In this document: piece after piece, positions 1-9,163 of the stretch
Layout: each line of letters begins with the position of its first letter
How positions within the stretch are numbered: position 1 is the stretch's first letter
DNA from: Candidatus Doudnabacteria bacterium
GTDB lineage: Bacteria; Patescibacteriota; Doudnabacteria; UBA920
Reading direction: 5' to 3'
Assembly: GCA_016218585.1 (NCBI GenBank)
Contig: JACRDK010000031.1
Span: 1,764 to 65,763 of the forward strand
DNA: 64,000 nt
The notes under the pieces: generated by a model
The model's database searches: none
Told to the model about the DNA's origin: nothing
Seen by the model: only the letters and a program-made list of their open reading frames with translations
Translations under genes and position numbers: made by a program

Positions 1-2
1 GT

Positions 3-191
3 TCAGTTAGCGGCGACCCTGTTTTTACCAACTACCTGAATATAAACAACAAGACCTGGCAGAATTTTAAAACTACCGTAAATGCCAAAACCTCTGAAGC
101 CCAAACTCTTAAATTAAGCTTACCTACAGGCTTTCCGGGAGCCCCCGGGCAAAAGAGCGGAAAATTAATTTTCTGGGCAAGCGTAAAATAG
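3..191 (+). CDS. 3' end of upstream CDS (partial hypothetical protein)
   Basis: Frame 3 is open from the window edge to TAA at 189-191 (…KLSLPTGFPGAPGQKSGKLIFWASVK*). No start codon lies within the window. Confidence 0.35.
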   Translation, partial: SVSGDPVFTNYLNINNKTWQNFKTTVNAKTSEAQTLKLSLPTGFPGAPGQKSGKLIFWASVK

Positions 192-204
192 CAAAAACAT
201 CCTT

Positions 205-699
205 ATGAAAAATGCTTTTAAAGTTGTCCTATTAACTTGTTTGCTTATTCCTACCCTGGCATTTGCCGCGGGGATACAAGTTTACCCCTCCCGTATGGAC
301 TTTGAGCTTAAACCCGGGCAGCAAGACGCGAAATTTTTAACTATCTCCAACCCAACTTCAGACATACAGTTGTTTGAAGTTCGTGCCGAAGGATTCTCCC
401 AACTCATAAGAATTGAGCCGGCAAGCTTTACTCTTGAGTCTGGAGAGAAGAAAAATGTGCAAATTAGCGTTAAGAGCCCGCTTTCAGGGCAAACCATAGC
501 CGCCGAACTAACTTTAACAGGAAAACCTCTTACGGAAAATTCACTGTCGATTGGGGCCGGCGTTAAAATACCGGTAATTATAAATTCGCAAGAATCGGAA
601 GGAGTTTCAAAAAATAAACCTGCCATCCTTGCCCTTATGATTCTGGTTTTTATCGGCCTGCTCTACTATTCTAATAAAAGAGATAAGCTAAATAAGTAA
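205..699 (+). CDS. Secreted beta-sandwich-like protein with C-terminal TM anchor (DUF916/PapD-like, uncertain)
   Basis: N-terminal signal peptide (…PTLAFAAG). The mature N-terminus GIQVYPSRMDFELKPGQ resembles surface/chaperone-like beta-sandwich domains. C-terminal hydrophobic helix ILALMILVFIGLLYY is followed by a KR tail. Confidence 0.5.
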   Translation: MKNAFKVVLLTCLLIPTLAFAAGIQVYPSRMDFELKPGQQDAKFLTISNPTSDIQLFEVRAEGFSQLIRIEPASFTLESGEKKNVQISVKSPLSGQTIAAELTLTGKPLTENSLSIGAGVKIPVIINSQESEGVSKNKPAILALMILVFIGLLYYSNKRDKLNK

Positions 700-772
700 G
701 GCAGCCTCCTCAATATAAAAAGCCCTATCCTTATAAGAAGGATAGGGCTTTTTGAATTCTTAATTTAAAATT

Positions 773-1594
773 TTACTGAGCCAAGGCTTTTTCTATTGCG
801 GCTTCAAAATTCGCATAAGGCTGAGCGCCAACCATTTGTACGCCATTAACATAGAAAGTCGGGGTTCCGGAAACTCCTGCTGTCTGACCGTCTTTTAAGT
901 CTCCTTGAACGATGCTTAAAGTAGCGTTACTATCCAGACACTGGTTGAATTTATTCTTACCGAAACCAAATGTGCCGTTGTTTAGACCCATTTGATCTGC
1001 GTATTTTTTCAAATCTGCTAAAGCTAAGTTAGTTCCATCAGCCTGGCCGTTTTTAAACAATAAATCATGGTACTCCCAAAACTTGCCCTGATTGTTGGCA
1101 CATTCTGCAGCCACTGCGGCGCCTTGGGCGTTAGCATGAATTGGCAATGGGAAATTCCTAAAAACAAACTTTATCTTGCCGGTGTCTATGTATTTGCTTT
1201 TAATTTGGGCAAAGGTATCGCTAAAAAATTGTTTGCAATATGGGCACTGGAAGTCTGAGAATTCTTCAACAGTTACTTTTGCATTTTTATTCCCTAAAAC
1301 CGGAGCCGAAGCTCTTTGGTTAACATTTACCGGGCCGCTTGGCTGCTGAGCCTGCTGTTGCGAGCCTTGATTCTGTGAAGCTCCCTGAAGAGCGTTATTT
1401 AACAACTGTTGCGGTCCTCCGGGGATAGCAATTGTGTTTATATACTGCCTGGTATTATAAAGCATTGTTCCGCAAATCAATATGGCGCCAATTATCACGC
1501 TCAAGGCAATAGTCTTGGCCGGAGTAAAATAGTGTTCACAAGATTCATCGTGCACATGCCTGTGCTCTCCCGGGTGGTGTTCATGTTCTGTCAT
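773..1594 (-). CDS. DsbA-family thiol:disulfide oxidoreductase with His-rich N-terminus and TM anchor
   Basis: Thioredoxin-fold CxxC motif FSDFQCPYCKQFF. N-terminal HEHHPGEHRHVHDESCEH, then a TM helix (IALSVIIGAILICGTMLY) and a Q/S-rich linker. Confidence 0.8.
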   Translation of the reverse strand: MTEHEHHPGEHRHVHDESCEHYFTPAKTIALSVIIGAILICGTMLYNTRQYINTIAIPGGPQQLLNNALQGASQNQGSQQQAQQPSGPVNVNQRASAPVLGNKNAKVTVEEFSDFQCPYCKQFFSDTFAQIKSKYIDTGKIKFVFRNFPLPIHANAQGAAVAAECANNQGKFWEYHDLLFKNGQADGTNLALADLKKYADQMGLNNGTFGFGKNKFNQCLDSNATLSIVQGDLKDGQTAGVSGTPTFYVNGVQMVGAQPYANFEAAIEKALAQ

Positions 1595-1631
1595 AAGAGT
1601 TCCTTTTTAATTACTTAAATGTTTAATTATT

Positions 1632-4600
1632 CTATAATTTGGGAATTACTAAGTCAATACCAACCTTCATTGTTTTAGGATTTTTAATTTTATCGGTATT
1701 GGCTTCCAAGATTTTACGCCACATTTTACCTTCTCCATAATACTTTTTAGATATACTCCACAAAGTATCACCCTTCTTAACTTTATAAGTTGTTCCCGAC
1801 ACAGCCCCTAAAACAGCGCCACTGCCTCCCGGAGTCCAGTTTGTATCAAATTCCAAACCATTAAATGAGCTTACCCCCGCCTCTGTAAAGAAATCCTGAG
1901 CGGAAGAAAATGCTTTGCCGGTAATTTTGTTATAAATTGTTCCGTTAACATTGGCGTAAGTCCCGCTCATATCCCGATAATTTTCAGGCATTTGCAGTCC
2001 CCCGCTTTGCATCTGCAATCCTTGAACCAAACCGCCATCGGTTGTGCCAAAAGCATTTATGCCCCCGCCGGAATAAGTTGAAGAGCTTCGGGCCTGGGCT
2101 AATAAATTATTTAACTGTTGCACCTGGTTCTGAAGATTTGCTATTTGCGATGCGGAATTTGGATCAGTTACTACTACCGTATTTGTGGTTGTAGTCTTAT
2201 TGGCCAAAGCGGCATTTAAAGAATTAATTTGGCTTTGAAGCTGGCCTATCTGGTTTTGCAACTGGCTAACTAACAAGTCATTTGAGGACGACCCAGTTCC
2301 AGTTCCAGTTCCAGTTCCAGTTCCAGTTCCAGTTCCAGTTCCAGTTCCAGTTCCACTGTCGGCGTTTGAAGACGAACTTAATACAGCAAAACTTACCTGA
2401 TTTGAAGTCTTAGAAGAGTTATCTAGATTTTTTACTTGAATTTTGTAACTGCCAACGGTCAAACTAGTTGGCATAGTAAAAATCATTCCCTGGGCAGTTG
2501 AATAATCAGGCGCAATGGAAGCAACAACTTTACCTGAGCTATTTACAATCTCCACGGAATTTTTTTCCTTTGTTTCATTAAAATTATCTCCAACGATTGC
2601 CAATTGGTATCCTTGCGCTAATTGGGCGGTCGTTGCCGAAGTGCTGGAAAGCTGGGTAATTACTGGGACGCTTGCGGATACAACATCGCCATTGTCCGCA
2701 CCGGTAGTGCTAGCATCTGCCGCCAAAACTGTTATTGGCATTGCGTTAGAAAGCTTTCCAAAATTCGTTCCTATACCGACATACCTTAACCTAATATTAT
2801 ACTGGCCGGCTGACGTGCCGGAAGCCAAGGTTACAGTAGCTGTTCCTTGTACAATTTGTGTCGTTTGCAATGAAACCACGCTGCCGGAAGAATTTATTAA
2901 TTCTACAATAACACTTCCCGGTACTATTCCTTCTCCGGTAATTGTTACGCTGCCGCCGGCTTTTACTGTTGAGGACGATAATGAGGTAATAGACAGTTGA
3001 TAAACCTGAGTCCCGGCTGTTGTCCCGGTAGCTCCCCCTGTTGAACCGGTTCCGCCGTTAGCAGCCTGAATTTCCTGCAAAATCATATTTGCTGCGGTGT
3101 CAAAAGGATAAATAGTAAACAGGTTTGCCATAGCGCCCGCGTTACCCAAATAATTTCCCACTCTAATAGAATAAGAAGGCACCGGCTTACCGCTTGCATC
3201 AACCCAAGAATACGGGCCTTCCGAGGACAGACCTGCGTCTTCCACAGTTCCTCCAAAAATTTGCGCCAAAGCCTGGGCAGTTTCGAGCGTGGCAAAAGTT
3301 TTATTGTTAGCAACTTGTTTGGTCTTTGTTAAATTATCCAAAACGAAAACAGAAGGATAATAAGCCGGGGTAAACTCAACTTTAGTGTAAGTCGCTACAT
3401 AGCCATTGCCGGAACCCGTTTGTCCGCTGGCAATTCCGCCTCCAGGCACTGCTGCCGGGGCTTCTCCGTTCGCAACGGCAATTTCTTGCTTAACCATTGC
3501 TACTGCGGTATCGTACGGGTAAATAGTAAACAGCTGGGCAATAGCCCCTGCGTTTCCGTGGTAATTGCCAACTTGAATGTTGTAAGACACAACCATATTT
3601 TCTGTTGCCGGCGCCGTTTTACCGGAAGCAAGCTTAGAAATATTCACGTATTGGAATGGGCCATCGGCTGAGAGAGTATCAGCTACGACTGTTCCGCCAA
3701 ATATGCTAGCCATTTTTTGAGCAGTGGCTAAAGTTGCAAATTGTTTGTCATTAGCTTTGGTAAAAGTTTTATCAACTGAACTATAAACATATACCCCTGT
3801 CATCCAGGTAGAATTTGCATCTGTTACTCCGGCTTGCTCAGCGCCGGTTTGAACTAAGGTATTGCCAAAAATATCCGAGGTATAACCTTGTATGCTGCCA
3901 TCGGCATTTGAATACACTCCCAATGAGCCGTTATAATATCTGCCTGATCCGGTATCCTGCCAGCCGGCTTTTAATTTGCCGTCTGCGCCAATTGGCGCGG
4001 GAGCCAAACTTTTTGAAGGAGCAATAGGCGGCGTAACTACGCTTGTAGCCTTTGCAACAACATCAAAACTAAAATCACCGCCAACATTTTGTCCGTCAAC
4101 CGACAAATTTAATTGCCAATGCCCGATTTCCGAATCACCAACCTGCCTGCTAACCGTTAGGCTTCCGTCTGAAAGCACGGTCCCTAATACCACCTGGCCG
4201 GAGACAGGAGTTTGTCCATTTTGTGAAAAAACCGTATTTGCAACCACAGTAGCACCGGCTTTTGCTCCTGTAATTTTTATTGTCCAGGATTCTCCTGAAG
4301 TTAGAGTGCTTACAGCCTGGTTATTAGCATTTACAAAAACTGCTGTTGGAGAACTGGCCGAAACCGCAGTATTTTTTAATTTAGACGGGTCATTAAAAGC
4401 CGCGACTATTGCTTGAACATCAGCCGGAGAAAATTCGCCGGTAATATCCTGTCCCTGTTCATTATAAATTCTGCCGTCCGCGGTAACTGCTAAATTTCCA
4501 AGGCCATCAACATAAGAAGTTTTATATTCCGTAGTATTTGTAGTAGCAGCGACTAAATAAACTTCCAAATTATCCAAACTGCCCGGAGTTACAGACAAAT

Positions 4601-7358
4601 TATAAGTTATTGCCGGAGGGGTTACGTTTTCGGCTGGAGCAGTCGGCGTTTCAGTTGAACCAATTTTAATTACGTTAGTTTTTGTTTTTATAGCATTTAT
4701 AACGCTTGGCGGAGGAGCCCCTTTACTGACATTTTCAAATGAAAGTAAATTTCCGTTCTTGTCCAAACGAATCTGGCCCCAAGTGCCAAAATACGCAATT
4801 CTGGTGCCGCTTGGCTGTTCGTATACATCCATATTCTGCAAATCAGCGGTAAAAGCTGTCTGCCATTTAACCAGCATGCTGTCTAAATTGTCATAATAAT
4901 TTGTCTGCAGCCACTGTTGCTGGTCAGTTCGGGAAGAATCTTTTTCAAACTGAATTTGATCAAAAATTCCTTGAATAGCATTCTTAGCAGCGTCATGCAA
5001 GGCCTGGGCTTCTTCTGCTGTTTCCGGAGTAACAGACCAATATTGTGTCATTACTTCATTAAAATACGGGTAGGCAGCTTCTATCCTTTTTGTATCTCTA
5101 ACTTTATCTTGGCCGCGGTTGAGTATTGCCTGAATCCCCATAATTACACCGCCAACCGCTGCGCCAACTACGGCACCAATCGGTCCAGCCGTGCTTCCTG
5201 CCGCTACCGATGATGTCCAAGTGGCAGAACTTCCAACTATGGCAGAAGTTACAATCCCTGTGGGCACTACAGTAATCATGCTGCCAATAACAGCACCAAC
5301 GGCGGCGCCGACACCGGAACCAATAAATACCTTTGCAACACCGGGCACGCTGCTTGAACCCTGATACCAATTAACTCCTGTTGCGCCATTTACATAGTTA
5401 CTTGCCTGAGTTCCGCTGGCGACCTTAACATATTGGTCTGTTTGCCACTCATAAATACTGTCACCCAAAACTAAAACATTCGCCGGGACATTTCCATCGG
5501 CAATTACCGGGGAATCGCTGCGCAAACCAATTTGCATGGCAATCGTGTCGGTAAGTTTAAAACTGCTGGGCAAATTATTTAAATCTACGCTGCCCATATC
5601 GCCGGTTATGGCAACTACCGTCAAAGTGATTGTTTGGTAAGCGGTTTGTCCCTGGCTGTCGGTAGCAATTAAAGTTACCGGGTAACCTCCGGCTGTTGAT
5701 GGCGTGCCCGAAATAACTCCGGTAAAGGAATCTAGCGCCAATCCTGGCGGCAATACATCGCCATCCTGCAAAGAATAAATAATTGATCCTGTCCCGCCCG
5801 TAAGGGTTGGCTGATAACTAAAATTGTCTCCGGCTCTTATGGTCTGTTTAACATTAGCCGTGCCAAACACGGGAGCCTGGGCTTGTTGTTGCTCCTGATT
5901 TTGATTTCCCGTAGCTGCCGCTGCGGCCACGGAAATAGAAAAGCTTTTTTGTGCTTGTGTTGAACCGTCGCTCGCCACAACTGTTACCTGCACATTGCCG
6001 GAAGGAAGATCTGATGGCATATTTTCCGTAAATAAAATGCCTGTTGATGGATCCATTTTCAGCCAATCCGGCCCCGAAGCTAAAGACCAGGTTAAGGCGC
6101 CGCTGCCGCCGGTTGCGCTTACCGCAAACTCTTTATACTCTCCGGAAACCATAGAAGTATCAGACGGGGCTGAAATGCTAATCGGTGCCGTATTATTTGT
6201 GTTATTTACATTTACAACAACCGGAGCTGCTGCGCTGGCTGTAAATGTCGCGGAAAATCCTTTATAAGAAATGCTAATAACGGAAGACCCCGCTTTAATG
6301 GCGTGAACAGCCACTTGGCCGTTTACTAGCTGAGCGGAAATCGCCTCGCTGTTGGAAGAATTTATTGCAACCTCAGGCGCCGACGGAGTCACAATATTTC
6401 CTGTTTCATCCATAATCAAAAAGGTCATACCTGCAGTATTTCCTACTTCAACATCCACCAAAGCGGCGCCGGGAGTAATAGTATAAGAATGAGTTACCGC
6501 AACCGGCTGCGTTCCAGTTACCGTGACATTAACTGTGGCTGTCTTGCTTGGATCATTTAAAGAAGTGATGGTTAAAACTGCTGTTTCGGTTCCAATAACA
6601 TTTTTATTTACGGTGACAGTTACATACCCTTGTCCTGAGGGCAAGACTGATGCCGATACTAAATCCGGCCTGCTAGACTCAACAGAAAAAGCGTTTGGCT
6701 GGGCATTTGCCAAACTCACTTGAAGCTGTTGCTGGGTTACGCCATTTGAAAAATTTAAATTGCTTTGGTCAACTGAAATTGAAATCGGATTTTGAGTCTG
6801 CGTATTGGTTTGTTGCTGTTGTTGGTTTTGTTGGGCAATAAATTCATTAGCGGCAGCGCTGTAAGCGCTTTCCGCAGCTTCCTGAGCGCTTACTAAACCT
6901 GGACGCTGAGCATCTACCGTTGCCTGAATCTCGTCCAGACGGGCCTGAGGGTCTTCAAATGCGGGGGCGTCTGCCTGAGCCTGGCTGACCCAACTGTCAA
7001 AATCAATCAATGCCTGGCGCGAGGCATTGACCTGAGCTTCCAGAGTTTTTAAATAATCTTCCGTTACGGCCGCTTCGGCTTTCTGCACGCCAAAAATTTT
7101 GCCCAAAAGCTGCCTCACTCTACCTTTTCCGGTAGTGCTGTTGTTTTCCTGGGTTCTAACAAATTGCGTTTGCCCGGATTTAGGAGCAACCGCGCCGACT
7201 CCACCCATTAATGTTGAACCAACGCCAATTCCCGCCAATATTTTTTCTGAAGTAGTTGGCTTTTTTTTGTTGCGCTTAACTCTCTTAATCCTAACCTTTT
7301 CCATATCGTTAGTTTTAATTTTTTTTATATGTTTTGTGGGCTTTTTGGTTTTATGCAT
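1632..7358 (-). CDS. Giant (1908 aa) surface protein with C-terminal LysM domain, Ig-like repeats, coiled coils and (GT)10 tract
   Basis: C-terminal LysM motif YKVKKGDTLWSISKKYYGEGKMWRKILEANTD. K-rich N-terminus followed by a TM helix. An internal ~170-aa domain is duplicated in tandem (…FATLATAQKMASIFGGTV… / …FATLETAQALAQIFGGTV…). Gly-zipper hydrophobic stretch mid-protein. (GT)10 tract. Confidence 0.85.
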   Translation of the reverse strand: MHKTKKPTKHIKKIKTNDMEKVRIKRVKRNKKKPTTSEKILAGIGVGSTLMGGVGAVAPKSGQTQFVRTQENNSTTGKGRVRQLLGKIFGVQKAEAAVTEDYLKTLEAQVNASRQALIDFDSWVSQAQADAPAFEDPQARLDEIQATVDAQRPGLVSAQEAAESAYSAAANEFIAQQNQQQQQTNTQTQNPISISVDQSNLNFSNGVTQQQLQVSLANAQPNAFSVESSRPDLVSASVLPSGQGYVTVTVNKNVIGTETAVLTITSLNDPSKTATVNVTVTGTQPVAVTHSYTITPGAALVDVEVGNTAGMTFLIMDETGNIVTPSAPEVAINSSNSEAISAQLVNGQVAVHAIKAGSSVISISYKGFSATFTASAAAPVVVNVNNTNNTAPISISAPSDTSMVSGEYKEFAVSATGGSGALTWSLASGPDWLKMDPSTGILFTENMPSDLPSGNVQVTVVASDGSTQAQKSFSISVAAAAATGNQNQEQQQAQAPVFGTANVKQTIRAGDNFSYQPTLTGGTGSIIYSLQDGDVLPPGLALDSFTGVISGTPSTAGGYPVTLIATDSQGQTAYQTITLTVVAITGDMGSVDLNNLPSSFKLTDTIAMQIGLRSDSPVIADGNVPANVLVLGDSIYEWQTDQYVKVASGTQASNYVNGATGVNWYQGSSSVPGVAKVFIGSGVGAAVGAVIGSMITVVPTGIVTSAIVGSSATWTSSVAAGSTAGPIGAVVGAAVGGVIMGIQAILNRGQDKVRDTKRIEAAYPYFNEVMTQYWSVTPETAEEAQALHDAAKNAIQGIFDQIQFEKDSSRTDQQQWLQTNYYDNLDSMLVKWQTAFTADLQNMDVYEQPSGTRIAYFGTWGQIRLDKNGNLLSFENVSKGAPPPSVINAIKTKTNVIKIGSTETPTAPAENVTPPAITYNLSVTPGSLDNLEVYLVAATTNTTEYKTSYVDGLGNLAVTADGRIYNEQGQDITGEFSPADVQAIVAAFNDPSKLKNTAVSASSPTAVFVNANNQAVSTLTSGESWTIKITGAKAGATVVANTVFSQNGQTPVSGQVVLGTVLSDGSLTVSRQVGDSEIGHWQLNLSVDGQNVGGDFSFDVVAKATSVVTPPIAPSKSLAPAPIGADGKLKAGWQDTGSGRYYNGSLGVYSNADGSIQGYTSDIFGNTLVQTGAEQAGVTDANSTWMTGVYVYSSVDKTFTKANDKQFATLATAQKMASIFGGTVVADTLSADGPFQYVNISKLASGKTAPATENMVVSYNIQVGNYHGNAGAIAQLFTIYPYDTAVAMVKQEIAVANGEAPAAVPGGGIASGQTGSGNGYVATYTKVEFTPAYYPSVFVLDNLTKTKQVANNKTFATLETAQALAQIFGGTVEDAGLSSEGPYSWVDASGKPVPSYSIRVGNYLGNAGAMANLFTIYPFDTAANMILQEIQAANGGTGSTGGATGTTAGTQVYQLSITSLSSSTVKAGGSVTITGEGIVPGSVIVELINSSGSVVSLQTTQIVQGTATVTLASGTSAGQYNIRLRYVGIGTNFGKLSNAMPITVLAADASTTGADNGDVVSASVPVITQLSSTSATTAQLAQGYQLAIVGDNFNETKEKNSVEIVNSSGKVVASIAPDYSTAQGMIFTMPTSLTVGSYKIQVKNLDNSSKTSNQVSFAVLSSSSNADSGTGTGTGTGTGTGTGTGTGTGSSSNDLLVSQLQNQIGQLQSQINSLNAALANKTTTTNTVVVTDPNSASQIANLQNQVQQLNNLLAQARSSSTYSGGGINAFGTTDGGLVQGLQMQSGGLQMPENYRDMSGTYANVNGTIYNKITGKAFSSAQDFFTEAGVSSFNGLEFDTNWTPGGSGAVLGAVSGTTYKVKKGDTLWSISKKYYGEGKMWRKILEANTDKIKNPKTMKVGIDLVIPKL
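2295..2354. repeat. Perfect hexanucleotide microsatellite (GTTCCA)x10 inside the LysM giant gene; encodes (Gly-Thr)10
   Basis: agttcc repeated 10 times without interruption. Unit length is a multiple of 3, so the frame is preserved. Confidence 0.9.
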
Positions 7359-7498
7359 ATTATAAACTAGAAAACCCTAAAAGAAGAATTATTTTAAATC
7401 TTTAATCGAGTTTTCTTCATAAATTTTACTATTTTTTTATTTCACCCAGAACAGATTTACTCAATAATTATACCATATTTTTTAAAATATTGGGAATT

Positions 7499-8494
7499 TT
7501 ACTTTACCAAATTAGCCGGCTTGCCATTCATAAAACCTTGGATATTTGCCACGGTAGTGTCCAATATCCTCATTACCGCCTCTCTGCTGTTAAATGCATT
7601 ATGCGGGGTAATTAAGACATTTGGCATATGCATTAATTCGTGATCGGCCAAAGCCACCTTAATTTGCTCCAAATTAGGATGCGGATTGTTTATTAAATGC
7701 GCTTCTTCTTTAACAAAACCTTCTTCTTCTAAAACATCCAGCCCGGCGCCGGCCAGCTTTCCGGTTTTTAAGGCTTCAACTAATCCCGCTGTTTCAACCA
7801 GTCCGCCGCGTGAAGTATTTAACAAAACAGCGCCCGGCTTAACCAATTTCAAATTTTCCGCATTAAGCAAGTGATGCGTTGCGGGCATATATGGAACGTG
7901 CAGCGTAATTACATCCGATGTTTTTAACAATTCTTCCAAAGAGGCATAAGTATACTCAAAATCTTTCGCCAACTGTTGATTTGGATAAGGATCATAAGCC
8001 ACAATTTTCATGCCAAACCCGTGGGCAATTTTTACCACATAAGTGCCGATGTGCCCGGTGCCAATTACGCCGATAACTTTATCTTTTAAATCAAATCCCT
8101 GCAGCTCCCTGGTTTCAAACAGGCCCTGTTCTTTTACCTGTTTGGCGGCAGGATAAACTTTTCTGGACAAAGCCAAAAGCAGGGCAAAAGTAAACTCTGC
8201 CACGGTGTTTTCCCCGTAAGTCGGCACATTAGAGACGGGAATGCTTTTTGCCGCCGCAGCCTTTAAGTCAATATGGTCAAACCCGGTACTGCGGGTGGCA
8301 ATATATTTTAAATTTGGCATCTTTTCCAATTCCGCCTGGGCAATTGGGCAGCCCAAAAAAGTACACAACACTTCGGTGTTTGCGTCTTCCGGCAAAATTT
8401 CGGGGCGATTTCTAAAAACCAGCTCGTTCCCGGCAAATTTTTCCTTTAAATATTCTTGTTCCCAATTTTCGGTTTCAATAAATAAAATTTTCAT
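7499..8494 (-). CDS. D-isomer-specific 2-hydroxyacid dehydrogenase (D-lactate/phosphoglycerate dehydrogenase family)
   Basis: NAD-binding GxGxxG motif (VIGVIGTGHIGTYVVKIAHGFGMKIVAYDPY). Length and layout are typical of the 2-Hacid_dh family. Confidence 0.85.
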   Translation of the reverse strand: MKILFIETENWEQEYLKEKFAGNELVFRNRPEILPEDANTEVLCTFLGCPIAQAELEKMPNLKYIATRSTGFDHIDLKAAAAKSIPVSNVPTYGENTVAEFTFALLLALSRKVYPAAKQVKEQGLFETRELQGFDLKDKVIGVIGTGHIGTYVVKIAHGFGMKIVAYDPYPNQQLAKDFEYTYASLEELLKTSDVITLHVPYMPATHHLLNAENLKLVKPGAVLLNTSRGGLVETAGLVEALKTGKLAGAGLDVLEEEGFVKEEAHLINNPHPNLEQIKVALADHELMHMPNVLITPHNAFNSREAVMRILDTTVANIQGFMNGKPANLVK

Positions 8495-8550
8495 TTTGTT
8501 TCCAATAATATTCTACCCTTTTAAGTATATCATACTGACATAATCCCAAC

Positions 8551-8590
8551 ATCTTAGGTAAAAAACACGCCCGTATTTTTTACCTAAGAT
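8551..8590. terminator. 40-bp near-perfect palindrome (ATCTTAGGTAAAAAACACG…CGTATTTTTTACCTAAGAT) immediately 3' of the PaaX-like gene; shares a ~29-bp core with 9126-9154
   Basis: Read directly: the two arms are reverse complements with one mismatch. The core AAAACACGsCCGTrTTTTTTACCTAAGAT recurs at 9126-9154. Confidence 0.6.
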
Positions 8591-9117
8591 TATTTCAATC
8601 CAAATTTTTTCTTTAAATCCTTATCATAACCCAAATCATCAACCCTCATAATTCTGATAAACTCGGACAGTCCGGTTTTGTTTAAATATACAAGAGCTTC
8701 CCTATTCAAAGGATACGGACTAATATAAACACTGGCTTGTAATTTTTTATAGCCCATCTTTTTTAACATCCGCCTAAACATCGCTCTTTTTTCTTTACTA
8801 CCCTCTGGAATATCAAAAATTATTACCCTCCATTTGCCATCCCATTCTTTACTTACCATCACTTGAGATTTTAACAATAAAGCTTCCAACTGGCCTTTTT
8901 TTGTAAGCTTTATAAATTTTTTGTTTTTCTTCTTTCCAACAGTAATTAACCCGCGCTCTTTTAAATCAAACAGGCTGCTGTAATATCTTTTCTTAGTGTA
9001 GCTTCTCTGTCTTCTAACCCAGGAATAAGGATCTTCAAAAGGCAGAGGCAACAACTCGGACGCTTCCGATAAAAATTCTAAAATTAAATTTATTATTGTA
9101 TTTTCTTTTTTTGGCAT
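8590..9117 (-). CDS. PaaX-family-like transcriptional regulator (wHTH + PaaX_C/Cas2-like fold)
   Basis: C-terminal signature WDGKWRVIIFDIPEGSKEKRAMFRRMLKKMGYKKLQASVYISPYP matches the PaaX C-domain pattern (W.G.W…F.IPE…R…LRR.L…G…LQ.SV.). N-terminal winged-helix-like region. Confidence 0.6.
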   Translation of the reverse strand: MPKKENTIINLILEFLSEASELLPLPFEDPYSWVRRQRSYTKKRYYSSLFDLKERGLITVGKKKNKKFIKLTKKGQLEALLLKSQVMVSKEWDGKWRVIIFDIPEGSKEKRAMFRRMLKKMGYKKLQASVYISPYPLNREALVYLNKTGLSEFIRIMRVDDLGYDKDLKKKFGLK

Positions 9118-9125
9118 ATTGGTTT

Positions 9126-9154
9126 AAAACACGGCCGTGTTTTTTACCTAAGAT
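9126..9154. terminator. Palindromic hairpin (AAAACACGGCCGTGTTTT) + T-run between the glycerate-kinase and PaaX-like genes; second copy of the 8551-8590 element core
   Basis: Perfect 18-bp palindrome followed by TTTTTTACCTAAGAT. 27/29 nt are identical to 8562-8590. Confidence 0.6.
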
Positions 9155-9163
9155 GACAAGTTC

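Noticed and set aside
2515-6723. ORF-track entries on the opposite strand or other frames inside the LysM giant (2515-3000, 3083-3313, 3420-3671, 3815-4416, 4917-5370, 5854-6267, 6523-6723, 7099-7365)
   Set aside because: They are fully embedded in a strongly supported 5.7-kb gene. They have skewed low-complexity composition and no start or RBS context. Likely frame shadows.
7261-7326. T8/A8 homopolymers at the 5' end of the LysM giant as phase-variation switches
   Set aside because: Eight-mers are common in this AT-rich genome and encode Lys runs. Without population data there is no evidence of slippage. Noted only as a caveat.
8551-9160. CRISPR array or CRISPR leader
   Set aside because: Only two repeat copies, spacing ~560 bp, and the intervening sequence is a complete gene. 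No cas genes. The PaaX C-domain merely shares the Cas2 fold.
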